From contig OX597818.1 of the NCBI GenBank assembly GCA_951406725.2, forward strand, positions 117,676,001-117,740,000: a stretch of DNA of 64,000 bases. Reading direction: 5' to 3'. A program made the translations under genes and the position numbers. Under the pieces are notes generated by a model. It worked only from the letters and a program-made list of their open reading frames with translations, was not told the DNA's origin and made no database searches. Origin of the DNA: Octopus vulgaris (Eukaryota). Shown here in pieces: positions 14,104-26,850 of the stretch (the first letter of the stretch is position 1; each line of letters opens with the position of its first letter).

Positions 14104-14452
14104 GTACTGATAAGTTCCAGGCTTTGGGAAAAGAAAATACAAGAGGATCAGTTAATTATAATTACTCAACAAGAACTCAATACTTGAATGGACCACGATA
14201 CCACAAAACTTGATTTAAAAAGGATTTAGATAATCCTATCAGCTGGTGCTATTAAGTTAGACATGGCCTAGACCAATCTTTGGTCGAGACATATCTAAGT
14301 TTATCTAATTTTATGTAAGTTTATTCCCCTCTCAGCTTTGCACACTTATTGCATCGGTTCTTCAGTTTTTCTGAGCCCTGTAAAAGAACTCGAACTGTTG
14401 GGCCTCCAACATTTTCTTATACCCTTAAAGCCAGGAACTTTTTAGCATCCCC
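14104..14452. mobile_element. Mariner-type MITE with about 150-bp internal insertion
   Basis: Same family as 44246-44462, split between CTCAACA and TATTCCCCTCTCAG. Confidence 0.65.
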
Positions 14453-14641
14453 CATCCCCCATATATACATACATCGATATCTCTATCTATCTATGTATCC
14501 TTTTTTTTCCCGATCCCTTTTGATCGGAATTTTAATTTTTCTTTCTCCTTTTTCCCCTTTTCTTTTACATTTTCGAGAAGAAAAGCTCTACGTTTGTATT
14601 TGTCCCCTCTGCGTCCAGCCCTGGGTGGCCAATAAAGAAAC

Positions 14642-14677
<36 letters not shown>

Positions 14678-14737
14678 ACGCTCACACACATATATATATA
14701 CATTTACATATATGTATGTATATAGATGTGTGTGTGC

Positions 14738-14781
<44 letters not shown>

Positions 14782-14786
14782 GTACC

Positions 14787-14997
14787 CGAGGGGGAATGCT
14801 GAACAAATTCCTGGCTTTGGATAAAAAGAAACACAAGAGGATAAGTAAATAATGATTTCATTCAGCATAATATTCCCCTTATTGCAACCAGTGGTCCTTC
14901 AGTTTTTCTAAGCCTTGTAAAAGCACTCGGAAGGTTGAGCATCCAACCAGGCCTTTCGCAACTCCCTTAAAGCCAGGAAAATTTCAGCATCGCCTTG
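14787..14997. mobile_element. Mariner-type MITE
   Basis: CGAGGGGGAATGCTGAAC...CCTGGCTTT / AAAGCCAGGAAAATTTCAGCATCGCCTTG. Confidence 0.7.
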
Positions 14998-15159
14998 CAT
15001 GTATGGTATTATATTGCCGATGTGTGTTTTTTTGTAAAATATGTGACATGAAGAGTTTTGACTGCTACTTCTAGCTCATAATGCAACGGCATGAGGGGTT
15101 TACTCGTTAATTTGTTGTTTTGACGTTAATGGAAGTGGCGCTAGTGACACTTGCAGCCG

Positions 15160-15377
15160 CAGTAGCAGCAGCAGCAGCCGTATTAGTAGTAATATTAGTA
15201 GCAATAGTAGTAATAGTAGTAGTGGGAGTAGTGGTAGTGGTTGTGGTGGTGGTGGTGGTGGTATGATGGTGGTGTTTGGAACAGCTGCATTAATTATAGA
15301 CATTGTAATAGGGTTGTGATGGCGGCAGTAGCGGTGGTGGTGGTGGTGGTGATGGAGACGACAGCTGCATCAGTAGC

Positions 15378-15438
<61 letters not shown>

Positions 15439-16130
15439 ATGGTAGTAGTAGTAGTGATGGTAGTGGAGGTGGTGATGGATGGTGGCTGCGGTTCTGGTAG
15501 TGGTAGTTGTGCCGGTGGTAAACAACAGCTGCAACGATAGTAGAAGTAGTAGCACTGGAGGTGGTGGAGGATGTGGTGGCAGCGGCGGTGGTGGAAGCGT
15601 TATAGGTATTGTTGTTGTTGTTATTGGTAGTGATGCCTGTACAACAGCACCAGTAGTAGCTATGTCGGTGGTGGTGGTGGTGGTGGTGGTGGCGGTGATG
15701 CTGGTTGTGGTGATTGTGGTAGTGACGAGGGTGCTTGTTTCGGTGGATTTAGAGAAGGGGCTTTGGAGAAACAACATTAGTAGTACTAGTAGTAGTATTG
15801 GTGGCGGTGGTGGCAGTAGTAGTGATAGTAGTAGTAATAGTAGTAGTGGTGGTGGTTGTGGTAGTAGTAGTAATAGTAGTAGTAGTAGTAGTAGTATTGG
15901 TGGCGGTGGTGGCAGTAGTAGTGATAGTAGTAGTAATAGTAGTAGTGGTGGTGGTGGTGGTGGTTGTGGTAGTAGTAGTAAAAGTGATGGTGGTAGTAAT
16001 AATAGTAGTAGTACTGGTGGTGGCAGTAGTACTATTGGTGGAGGCAGTAGTAGTGGTTGTAGTAGTAGTGGTAGTAAGGTTGGTGCTGGTTGTAGTGATG
16101 GAATAGCACTTGTAGTGATGGTGGTAGTAA
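15160..16130. repeat. Compound (TAG)n/(TGG)n low-complexity tract
   Basis: Direct reading; contains a higher-order duplicated unit of about 100 bp at 15790-15980. Confidence 0.9.
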
Positions 16131-16751
16131 AGACTCGTAGTATTCGCGCTATTTGCATGAATGACATAGTAGAGGATACAGCAGCGCTAGTGGTAGGGTT
16201 AGCATGCGGTGGACTGGGTATAGACGCTAGTGGTTGTTCACTTTTGAGCCCCAAAACAGCCGTGATCGAGATCGACCCATCCCTGTGATTAAAGACATTC
16301 CATAAGTGGCAACCTCATAGTTTCCCTTATACACCTTAATTCGAGGAACACATAATCGGACTTCTTTTAATCTTTTTATCTTTTATTTGTTCCAGTCATT
16401 AACATGCGGCCATGCTGGGGCACCCCGTTGAAGGACTTTTTGTCGTCTATACATTAAAAGAAAATATTAATAAAATTTAAATTAAATTTTAAAAAAAGAA
16501 ACAAAAAGAAAAAAAAATGCTATAGCATTTGTTATGAGGCGGGGGGGAATGTTGTTTTCTACTTCTATGATGCCGAACGACCACGTTGTGGTTCCGCCTG
16601 CGGTTATAGAGTTTCGTCGTAATTCTGGTGAAATAGTCACAGAACTGCTTTAGTATAGCAACAGAGCTGAGGACAGCAGCGTCTCCGACGGCGGTTGCCA
16701 CTCTGGTGATGGTTGTGGTGGTGTTGATGATGGTAGTAGTTGTAGTAGTAA

Positions 16752-16787
<36 letters not shown>

Positions 16788-17023
16788 CAGCAGCAGCAGC
16801 AATAACGGTGGCGGTAGCGGTCGGTGCTGGTGATGAAGTGAAATAGCGACGGTGGTGTAGGTGGCGACAACGCTAATAAATGCTTGGCAATCTTATTGCT
16901 AACCTACAAAACGATGCAGGCATAGAAAGCGGGGGCGTTTACTGACACTACCACCACTATCACCACTACCACCACTACCACTACTACTACAACCATCATC
17001 ACTGCTACTGCGTTTGACTATTA

Positions 17024-17027
<4 letters not shown>

Positions 17028-17117
<90 letters not shown>

Positions 17118-17140
17118 CATATATACATATATATAGATAC

Positions 17141-17229
<89 letters not shown>

Positions 17230-17280
17230 AACATATATATATACATACATATATATATATATACATATACACGCACACAT

Positions 17281-17360
<80 letters not shown>
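17028..17360. repeat. Long (TA)n/(TACA)n microsatellite
   Basis: Direct reading. Confidence 0.95.
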
Positions 17361-17365
<5 letters not shown>

Positions 17366-18671
17366 CGACGTGTGTGTGTGCAGTCTACTAGTGTTTACCA
17401 ACAAGTAGCAGAAGAGGAGGCGAGGAGCGAATCAATGGGATTCAGTAAGTTACTTCGGTGGTTAAAAAGCAGTTTCGTGTGTGTGTGTGTGTGTGTGTAT
17501 GTGTGTGTGTGAGTAGCAACAGGCTGAGAAAGGCATGGGATGCTGTGTCTTGTTATTAATTTTCATTTTCTTTTACGCTGACAGCAGCAGCAGCAGCGGC
17601 AACAGAATGAAATAGCAAGGTAATAGAAGCTTCACTACACAAGCAGTGACAGAAGAAGGAGGAGTGGAAGTGGTAGTGAAAGTAGGAGTAGTAAATAGTA
17701 TTAGCAGTAACAGTCGCAGTAGCAGCGGAGCTTGGAGTCTAAAGCTGCTTGTTGTTCTTTTACTTGTGGGCCAAACCCCTGATCAAAAAACATCCCAGTT
17801 ATGGCCATCCAGTCGGTTTAAATTTATTTTGAAATGCTTTAATGTAAATTTCTTAATGTGAGGAATACGAATAAATAATTTTAGCCTAGCAGATTTGATT
17901 TCTTATATTTTATGGCTTATCTCTAATTATTTAATTAGTTAATTAATTATCCAATGTGTGCTTCCTTTCTTAAGACACAAGGGCGTTGATTTCAGAGAGA
18001 TTAGGCGGCTACATCGAATTACGCGAACGACCCGCGTTAGAGACTCCTCTCGTTGACTCGTGAAGTAGGTCACAATAGTTTGCGCTTAATGTACCTTCAT
18101 TCAGCTCAATTAATCAATGGTTAACAAATCCGTTTCGCAACTACGAGGTCTCCGCTTCGATCCCACTGCAGTACTTCAGGGAAAAGTAATTTTCTTTATT
18201 AGCCCGGACTGACTCGACTCGTGCGCTGTGATTAAAACAGGACACACACAGAAACGATGCAGGACGCACCCGTCGGTTGGAGTGTTCGAGTTGTTCGAAA
18301 GGCACCGTCATGTCATGCATTGGTTAGCCCACATTTCTCTGTAGGGAGCATAGGACCGTTTTTCCCGGTTTCTCTCTCGCGTTTGTGTGTATATATATGT
18401 ATACTTTCGGTGCGAATAGTTTTGTTATACGGTGCCGTGTTTTACAATCCTGTAAATAATAATAATGGTATTTATATAAGCTTAAAGCTTATAGCAATCA
18501 CCACGCAATGACTAAGGAAAATAGTCTAATGAAAGGACATATAAGCCATCGATAGAAAAAAAAAAGGTTTTCCTATCCGCGTGGTACTCGAACCCACAAT
18601 ATTTTGATAACGCGACTAAGTGTGTTACATTTAACCCAGCCTCGTATATATAGATATATATGTACTTTTTG

Positions 18672-19070
18672 TCTTTTACTCTTTTACTTGTTTCAGTCAT
18701 TTGACTGCGGCCATGCTGGAGTACAACCTTTAGTCGAGCAAATCGGCACCAGGACTTATTCTTTGTAAGCCCAGTACTTATTCTATTGGTTCCGTTTGAC
18801 GAACCGTTAAGTTACGTGGATGAAATACACCAACATCGGTTTTCAAGCAATCTTGGGAGGAGGACAATCACAGACACACAACCACACACACACACACTTA
18901 TATATACGACTGGCGTCTTTCAGTTTCCGTCTACCAAATTCATTCACAAGGCTTGGGTCGGCCCGAGGCTATAGTAATAGACACTTGCTCAAGGTGCCAC
19001 TTCAGTGGTACTAAAACCGGACCCATTTGGTTGGTAAGCAAGCTACTTACTACACAGTCACTCCTGCGCC
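18672..19070 (-). mobile_element. SINE family A, full length
   Basis: Head GGCGCAGGAGTGACTGTG on the minus strand, internal (TA/TG) tract, tail GAAACAAGTAAAAGAGTAAAAGA. Confidence 0.88.
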
Positions 19071-19072
19071 TG

Positions 19073-19119
<47 letters not shown>

Positions 19120-19935
19120 GTTCACTCATATTTACCAGTTGAGTGGACTGTGTCACGCTTATTCTACAGGCACTCCGTCGGTTGCGACGAATAGTTTTCC
19201 TGTTGATCCAATCAACGAGACATCATGCTCGTGAAATTGACGTGCAATTGGCTGAGCCCTACATAGACACGCGTACCCTTAATGCAGTTCCCATGGATAT
19301 TTAGCGTGTCACAGAATGTGACAGGGCTGGTCCTTTAAATTACAGGTACGGAGTTTTTTTGTGAGGCTTCCAATTTCAGTCTCTTCAATTCGAATTGATT
19401 TCTCAATCGGTGCAATGATGTAGTTTCATATGCTTATCAATGTCAGGAAATTCATTTTCGCTCTTGTGCTGGTGGCCGATTCCCCATACAAACCTTTTGG
19501 GATCCTCCCATCCTGCATGCGTTGTACAAGCCCGAGCCAACGCAGACACTGCTGATGGACTACTCCAAGATACTCAGAGTGTGCATACTGGGTATCTTGG
19601 AGTGGTTGAGGACATCCATGTTGGTGATGCATTCGGATCCCTTGATATTCAAGATGCGTCTCAAATTCGGAAGGTGGAAGACATTGAGACGCTGCTTCCG
19701 TCTGGAGTAGAGGTTCCATATCTCACTGTGATAAAGCAGCGTACTAAGGACGAATGCCTTATAGACGGCAATGTTGGTGTTTGCAGCCAGTTTTCTGTTT
19801 CCCAAGACTCTCTTTGTGAGCCTGGCAAATGTGGAGGTTACTTGTTCAAATCGTTTACCGTTCTGAGAGTCCACGGAGATGTCATCAAGGATGGTAGAGC
19901 CAAGGTAAGTGAATTTATGGACTACTTCAAGCTTG

Positions 19936-20100
19936 AAACAGTTCTATATTTAAGAGATTATTTACATTATTTACATTTGAAGGATATTTGTCCTCATCTT
20001 GTTTGTTGTTAACACAACATTTTGGCTGATATACCCTCCAGCCTTCATCAGGTGTCTTGGGGAAATTTCGAACCTGAGTTTTCATTCCTAAGAAATTTTC
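19936..20100 (-). mobile_element. Inverted copy of the 3' part of the HHR-bearing SINE; HHR at 20011-20056
   Basis: Minus strand GACAC-CTGATGA-A-GGCTG-gagggtatat-CAGCC-aAAA-tG-TT-GTGTT; two CpG-type decays from the consensus. Confidence 0.8.
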
Positions 20101-20425
20101 CGGGCATATCGCATAGGGGTCAAGAGCGCTGGCTACTAAACCCAAGACCCCGAGTTCGATTCCAGGCAGTGACATGAATAATAATGATAGTAGTAGTAGT
20201 AGTACTACTACTACTAGTAGTAGTAGTAATAATAATAATAATGATAATGATGATGATGCTGATATCATCGAAAAATACATTAAACATGAGAACCCAGGTT
20301 CGAAATGTCCCCAAGGCACCTGAGGAATGCTAGAGGGTATATCAGCCGAAACGTTGTGTTTAACAACTAACAAGATGAGGACAAATATCCGTCAAATGTA
20401 AATAATGTAAATAATGTAAATAATG
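20101..20425 (+). mobile_element. tRNA-headed SINE carrying a type I hammerhead (20315-20360) in its tail
   Basis: Degenerate A box at about 20109-20124, B box GAGTTCGATTCC at 20152-20163, trinucleotide tract at 20177-20262, then GGCAC-CTGAGGA-A-tGCTa-loop-CAGCC-GAAA-CG-TT-GTGTT and an (AATAATGTA)n end. Confidence 0.75.
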
Positions 20426-20729
20426 TACTTCCAGCTTGTAGTGTTTGATGGTGGGGGTACTTGATACATTGGCCCAGTACGTTGGTTTTCTTGACAGGCC
20501 TTCGAGAGTTTGCCTACTAGGTGCTGCATTTGCCCTTGAGAATGCACTGCCAGTGCTGCGTCGTCCGCTAACATTTCTCTGATGAAACTTGGCGCACCCT
20601 GGATATTGCTTTCGGCCTCGCGAGACTAAACAATTTAATGTCTGATCTGGTATGAAGCTGAACACCATCAATTGATGTCCCAAATGCATGTCTCAGCATG
20701 ACCGCGAAGAAGATATATTCACATACATA

Positions 20730-20919
20730 ATACACACACACACACGCACATACATATACGACGGACTTCTTACGGTTTAGGCTACCAAATCTACTCACAA
20801 AGCTTTGGTCGGTCCAAAGCTATAGTAGAAGACACTTGCCCAAGTTGCCAGGCAGTGGCACAAACCTGGGACCATGTGTTTGAGAAGCAGTCACCCTATC
20901 ACACAGCCTCGCTTGCGCC
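20730..20919 (-). mobile_element. SINE family A, 5' half
   Basis: Matches the reverse complement of the family A head. Confidence 0.75.
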
Positions 20920-21429
20920 TATACATAACAAAAATTAGTTAAAAGAAATGATTCACATTGACTAATTGGCTATCTTTCTAAAAGACAGATAAATACAGGT
21001 ATATCAAATACGATACAACTGAAACTTTTGATTACTTCATTTCTGTCTATAGAGGAAGTGTTTCAAATCCCAGTTGGAAACTGCAGCCAACTTCATATGA
21101 GGATATAATTTCAAGAATGAAAATCGCTACAATGCTGACATTCCATTAAGAAAAATGAGAAGTTTATTGCCTAGTGATTAGAGCTTAGTTGTTGGTACGT
21201 GTTTCTGCCGTATTAGGTGTCATCAGTGCGACAGTTGTCCGAACTTAACTCAAATAACCAAGGAGTTTGACATATTCGAAACTTCGTAAAACACATTTAT
21301 GTCGTAGGTAATTTGCATAATTTAAAGAAAAATACAGTAAGCGAAACACTCCAGATTGGCCGGTAGCATGTGTCTGTACAGACAAATGCAAGTATATCAA
21401 TTACTATTGAACAAAAATTCTTGCATTAA

Positions 21430-21636
21430 CCCATTAAGTCCCACTATCCTATAAATAGGACATTAAATGAGAACATTAAATAAGCTATATCACATTGTCT
21501 CAGTGTCCTGAGGCACCGAGTATTTCCATTTCTACTTGAAGTAATAATTATTTTTTTTGTTTTCAACTTATTTTCAATCATCTGTAAAAATTTAAAAGTA
21601 ATATTTAGAAATTTAAGTACTCTGGGACTTAATGGA
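21430..21636. mobile_element. piggyBac-like MITE
   Basis: TTAA|CCCATTAAGTCCCA ... TGGGACTTAATGGA|TTAA: 14-bp TIR (1 mismatch) with TTAA TSD. Confidence 0.7.
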
Positions 21637-21690
21637 TTAATGGGATTATCTGAGACTGCAAAATAAGTGTGTGTGTGTGTGTGTGTGTGT

Positions 21691-21945
21691 ACTCTTTTCT
21701 TCTATTACTCTTTTATATGTTTCAGTTATTTGACTGCGGTCATGCCGGAGTACCGCCTTTGTTTGAATAAATAGACCCCAGAATTCATTCGTTGTAAGCT
21801 TGTACTTATTCTATCATTCTCTTTTTCCGAAACGTTAAGTCACGGAGACGTATACACAGCAATATCGGATGCCAGGCGATGGTGGGGGGGTGGGACAAAC
21901 ATAAACACACTAACAGACACACACATACACACACACACACACACA
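21691..21945 (-). mobile_element. SINE family A, 3' half
   Basis: TTTCAGTTATTTGACTGCGGTCATGCCGGAG and following sequence. Confidence 0.75.
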
Positions 21946-21949
21946 TATA

Positions 21950-22145
21950 TAAAATATTTGAATTTTACAGAAAAGCAAAAGACGAAGACAAGTGTATAAA
22001 CAACAAGCAGGTGCATTAGTTTGACGCTCGGGAAGGTGAGAAAGTCTTTTATGTTTCGGGCCTACGCTCTTCAAGAGAAGGGAACACGAGGAAATAAGCC
22101 GACAGAGAATTAAAAAAAAAACCTCTGGGAGTTAGGGGTCAATCG
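21950..22145 (-). mobile_element. PLE-like repeat with decayed minimal HHR-like motif (22046-22081)
   Basis: Homologous to 13927-14100 and 29247-29437. Confidence 0.55.
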
Positions 22146-22926
22146 TATATGTGTATATGTGCTCCAGCACAACCGCAGTTAAATGGCTGAAACAAGCAAA
22201 AGAATAAATGAATATATATGCATTTACACATGCATTTATACATATGTACACATATGTACATGCTCACATGCGCAACCACAAACACATTTTTAACACTAAA
22301 ATCAGAGCACGCTTACTTGAAATTTTATACTCGCCTTACTGTTAGGTTTTCATGCAGCAGGCGTCACTGTATATCATCTCCCCACCACCACCACCCTGTC
22401 ATTCTGAAATATATTCACGTACGCGTGTGTGTGTACTCAGAAACACACACACACACAACACACACGCACGCGCACACACATACACGCGCGCACTCATACA
22501 CGCACAAAGGCAGAAAGAGGGAGAATAGAGACAGAGAGGGAAGGTGGAGGTGTGGAAGAGACTATCAACATGGCCTGAATATTAAGGTTGTCAAAGGAAA
22601 TTGTTCGGTTAAATGTGCCATTGACCCAATTTCGATTTCCCATTGTAATTTTCTTTTTCTTTTTACATCATAGCAGTCTCGTTACCCCTTCCCCCCACTA
22701 AAATACTTCAGGACGACCCTGTCCTTGAGAATGTAAACATGCTTCCTTGATAAATCAATTGTGTGGCGGCGTGTGTTTGTTGTCTGTTACCCTACTACAG
22801 GGCATTATTGCCTCTTTTCGGTGTCGTTGAAGTCAGATATAGTATTTTCCAAGGGGCACTTGACGATAAGAAAAAACAGAAAAATGGCAAGAAAACAGTA
22901 GAAAAAAAAAGAAAAATGGATGATGA

Positions 22927-23323
22927 GGCGCAGTGGTAAGTAGCTTGCTAACCAACCACATGGTTCCGGGTTCAGTCCCACTGCGTGGCATCTTGCGCAA
23001 GTGTCTTCTGCTATAGCCCCGGGCTGACCAATGCCTTGTGAGTGGATTTGGTAGACGGAAACTGAAAGAAGCCTGTCGTATATATGTACATATGTATATA
23101 TATATGTATGTGTGTGTGTGTTTGTGTGTCTGTGTTTGTCCCCCTAGCATTGCTTGACAACCGATGCTGGTGTGTTTACGTCCCCGTCAATTAGCGATTT
23201 GGCAAAAGAGACCGATAGAATAAGTACTGGGCTTACAAAGAATAAGTCCCGGGGTCGATTTGCTCGACTAAAGGCGGTGCTCCAGCATGATTACAGTCAA
23301 ATGACTGAAACAAGTAAAAGAGT
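22927..23323 (+). mobile_element. SINE family A, near full length
   Basis: GGTAAGTAGCTTGC...GGTTCAGTCCCACTGCGTGG...GACTGAAACAAGTAAAAGAG. Confidence 0.9.
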
Positions 23324-23734
23324 ATGAGGGAAACGTAAGTATATGTTAAGTGTGTTTGTTTGTGTGCGTGTGCATGTGTGTGTTTATGTGTGTGCTTATG
23401 TGTATGTACAAGTGTGTGTGTGTTTGTGCGTGTCTGTATGCATGTGTTTATGTGTGTGCTTGTGTGTATGTGTGTATTTATGTGTGTTTCTTTGTGTGTA
23501 TGTGTGTATGTATGTGTGTGTGTGTGGGGGGGTTCATGTGTGTAGTGTACATGTGTGTATTTATGTGTGCGTGTGTATATATGTGTTCATGTGCGTGTGT
23601 GTTCATGTGTGTATGTGTATACGTGTGTATTTATGTATATGCGTGCTTGTGTGTGCTTGTGTGTGTGTGAGTGTGTGTGTGTATGTGTGTGTGTGTAGCG
23701 CATTGTTCAGTTACTTTATCTTTCATTTTTGTCA

Positions 23735-23940
23735 TGTTTCCATCACTAGACTGTGGTCATGCTGGGGCACAATCCTGAGGAATTTTTGTCCATCGAATCC
23801 ACCCCAGTGCTTTGAAAAATGAAAATGCCCGGTTCTTATTCTGTCGATGTCTTTGGCTGAACCACTAATGATCCTGGGAGGAAAACGAACCAGCACCGGT
23901 TGTCAAGTGTAGTAGGGGACAAATACAGATACAAACACAT

Positions 23941-23974
<34 letters not shown>

Positions 23975-24140
23975 GTGTATATGATGGGCTTCTTTCAGGT
24001 TTCGTCCACCACATCCAGTAACTAAGAGTTGGTCTGTCCGAGTCTATAGCAGAAGACACTTGTCCAAGCTGCGAGCCAGTGGGACTGAACTCGGAACCGT
24101 ATGATTGGGAAGCAAACATCTAACCACACTACCACCCCTG
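23735..24140 (-). mobile_element. SINE family A, diverged
   Basis: Colinear similarity to the reverse complement of 22927-23323. Confidence 0.65.
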
Positions 24141-24200
24141 CACAATGAATTGAATTTTCTCTTTATTGTTGACAATACACTAATTATTTTGAGCATATTA

Positions 24201-24425
24201 CAGTAATCCCCCGCCACGTCACGGTTCACCTATCGCGGTTTATTCTTTAAGCTTACGTCGATTCCTCTGTGGTGTTGTTTTTTCATTTATAATAAAATAA
24301 ATATATACAAATTATAGAAATTATAAAATACAATATACAGTACAGTACTATTTCTACTTCGCATATTTTTACTTATCACGGTGGGGTTTAGGAACGTAAC
24401 ACCCGCTATATTTGAGGGACTACTG
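24201..24425. mobile_element. pogo/Tigger-like MITE
   Basis: TA|CAGTAATCCCCCG ... GAGGGACTACTG|TA: CAGT-type TIRs with TA TSD. Confidence 0.7.
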
Positions 24426-24762
24426 TATATCGAACCAGGGAGTATAATTTAGTTAGTTATCAATGCTAGCGCCCGTGCCTGTCACTGGGACTTTTGACAT
24501 ATGCATGAGGCCGCTCGCTGTGACGAGATACAAACTGAATTTAATGAGCGTAATCGATTACGTGTTTGTTGCTTCTTTCTTGAGACGAGAACGATGAAAA
24601 AAATTAACAAAAGTCATTGCCTACGTAATTAACCGTGTCAGATGGTGGATTGGAAGAGAAGTTAGAGTTTCAGAAAAAAGGTATTTGTGGTTTATTGTCA
24701 GGCCCATTGTCTTCCGCGTCCAAAATTCTGCTTTCTAGCCGCTAGTGTCGATAAAGTAATAT

Positions 24763-25651
24763 TTTCTACTATAGGCACAATGCCTGAAATTTTGTGAGAG
24801 GGAGTCAATTACATCGACCTCAGTGCTCAACTGGAACTTATTTTACCGACCCCGAAAGGATGAAAGGTAAAGTTGACCTCAGCGGAATTTGTACTCAGAA
24901 CGTAGCGACAGGCGAAATAGCGCTAAGCATTTCCGTGCAGCGCGCTAACGATTCCGCCAGCTCACTGCCTCAATTTTCTTTTAAATAATCCTTGCATATT
25001 TCTTTATTGGACACAAGGGGTTAAACATAGAGGGGACAAACAAGGACAGACAAACGGATTAAGTCGATTTTATCGACCCCAGAGCATAACTGGTACTTAT
25101 TTAATCGACCTCGAAAGGATGAAAGGCAAAATCGACCTCGGCGAAATTTGAACTCAGCACGTAACGGCAGACGAAATACCGCAAAGCATTTCGCCCGGCG
25201 TGCTAACGTTTCTGCCAGCTCGCCGTTTTAATTTAGTTTTCTTTTGAATAATCCTTTCTGCTACAGACACAAGGCCTGACATTGTTGTGGAGGAGGGGAC
25301 AAATCGATTACATCGACCCCAGTACTCAACTGTACTTAATTTATCGACCTCGAAAGGATGAAAGGCAAAGTCGACCTCGGTAGAATTTCAACTCAGAACG
25401 TAGCGACGGGCGAAATACCTGTTTCTTTATTACCCACAAGGGGCTACACACAGAGGGGACAAACAAGGACAGACAAACGGAATAAGTCGGTTACATCGAC
25501 CCCAGAGTGTAACTGGTACTTAATTTATCGATCCCGAAAGGATGAAAGGCAAAGTCGACCTCGGCGGAATTTGAACTCAGAACGCAGTGGCGGACGAAAT
25601 ACCGCAAAGCATTTCGCCCGGCATGCTAACGATTCTGCCAGCTTGCCGCCT
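24763..25651 (-). mobile_element. Cluster of family B SINEs (four bodies, including one dimer)
   Basis: Repeated GAAAGGATGAAAGG...GACCTC...ACTCAG units at about 24850, 25110, 25350 and 25535. Confidence 0.85.
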
Positions 25652-26528
25652 TAATTTTCATTTGAATAATCTTTTCCACTATAGACACACGGTCTTGACC
25701 AGGCGTCACGTTCATGTTTTTCCAGTTCACTCAGCTGGCAACAAAGAGTGAGAAATCCTACAACAAACTGGCGTCTCGTTCAGTGGGAAATAATATGCGC
25801 CATTGAAACCGGGAAACGAGCCTTATGTATTCTTATTTGATTCGGGAAGGAGCTATCCTTAATTAATTACAGTGCCCGTTGACAATGACCACTTCAATAC
25901 TTATGGGCGAACTTGTATCTAATTCAGAATAAGCACAGTAATCAACGAAGTCCCTTGATCATTCATTGTCTTGGTCTCTGTAAGATTGTTTGATATGAAT
26001 TGGTTCTTTTGCAGCCACTGTGAAGGAACGTGAAATTCACGTAGTTAATATTCAACATGAACAACTGCAAAATGAAGCCCCCATGACAAAGTTAAGAAAT
26101 ATAATAGATACCGATGGAATTTCTAAAACTTAGCATTCTGAGAAGGGCTGGATGAAAGGGTTAGTACAGGGCCTTAAGACGTACGCGCAATATGCGCAAT
26201 ACAGGTTACAAGATAGGAAGAGCTGGTTCGGAAGTACTTGAGATGTGCCACTGAAACAGCCAACTCTGACAAGCAGAGGCTAGTGTTGCTGTGAAAGAAA
26301 AGTCTAAAGGAAGTTTTAATGTGTGTGGACCATATATTGGTGTGTTGGTGAAGGGCTTTGTGCTAATTAGTTGGTTATCTGTTTTTGTCATTAGTTTAAG
26401 ATATATGTCTGTGTTACTAGCAGCGTCTCAGATATGGAATGATACACCCTTGTGGGTTTCATATAAGCACATTTGTTGGTGGAAAGAAACAAAAGGCCTA
26501 GTATTTGCATTGAAGTTTTTACTATAAT

Positions 26529-26850
26529 GTGAAGGCGCGTGGCGTAGAGGTTAGGGTATTTGACTCACGATTGTAAATTCATGAGTTCAATTCCGCGTGA
26601 TACATTGTGTTCTTGAGCAAGACACTTTATTTTACGTTGCTCCAGTCCACTCAGCTGGTAAAAATGAGTAGTACCTGTATTTCAAAGGACCAGCCTTGTC
26701 ACACTCTGTGTCACGCAGAATTTCCTTGAGTACTACGTTAGGGAACCACGTGTCTGTGGATTGCTCAGTCATTTGAATGTTAATTTCAGGAGCAGGCTGT
26801 TCCGTTGACCGGATCAGCTGGGACCCTCGTCGTCGTAAACGACGGAGTGC
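26529..26850 (+). mobile_element. SINE, head D + tail X
   Basis: Homologous to 2496-2806; flanks TTTTACTATAAT / TTTTAGTATAAT resemble a TSD. Confidence 0.85.

Larger units (their letters stand above)
19440..20690 (-). pseudogene. Decayed RTE-clade LINE reverse transcriptase fragment, split by an insertion at 19936-20425
   Basis: Minus-strand frames give LADDAAL (YADD-like), KFTYLGSTI, VYKAFVLSTLLYHSEIW and LRWLGLVQRMQDGRIPK, typical of the RTE/BovB RT C-terminal half, with frameshifts and stops. Confidence 0.85.

Noticed and set aside
15370-16288. 269-294 aa Gly/Ser/Val or Leu/Pro ORFs
   Set aside because: Open only because of TAG/TGG trinucleotide repeats; no domain.
18570-18643. tRNA-like sequence on the minus strand (GGTTCGAGTACC)
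   Set aside because: Cloverleaf stems do not pair well; at most a decayed SINE head or tRNA pseudogene. The other tRNA-like heads belong to SINEs.
21196-21226. Minus-strand CTGATGA...GAAACACGTA hammerhead-like core
   Set aside because: No stem I complementarity, and stems II and III need several assumed CpG reversions.
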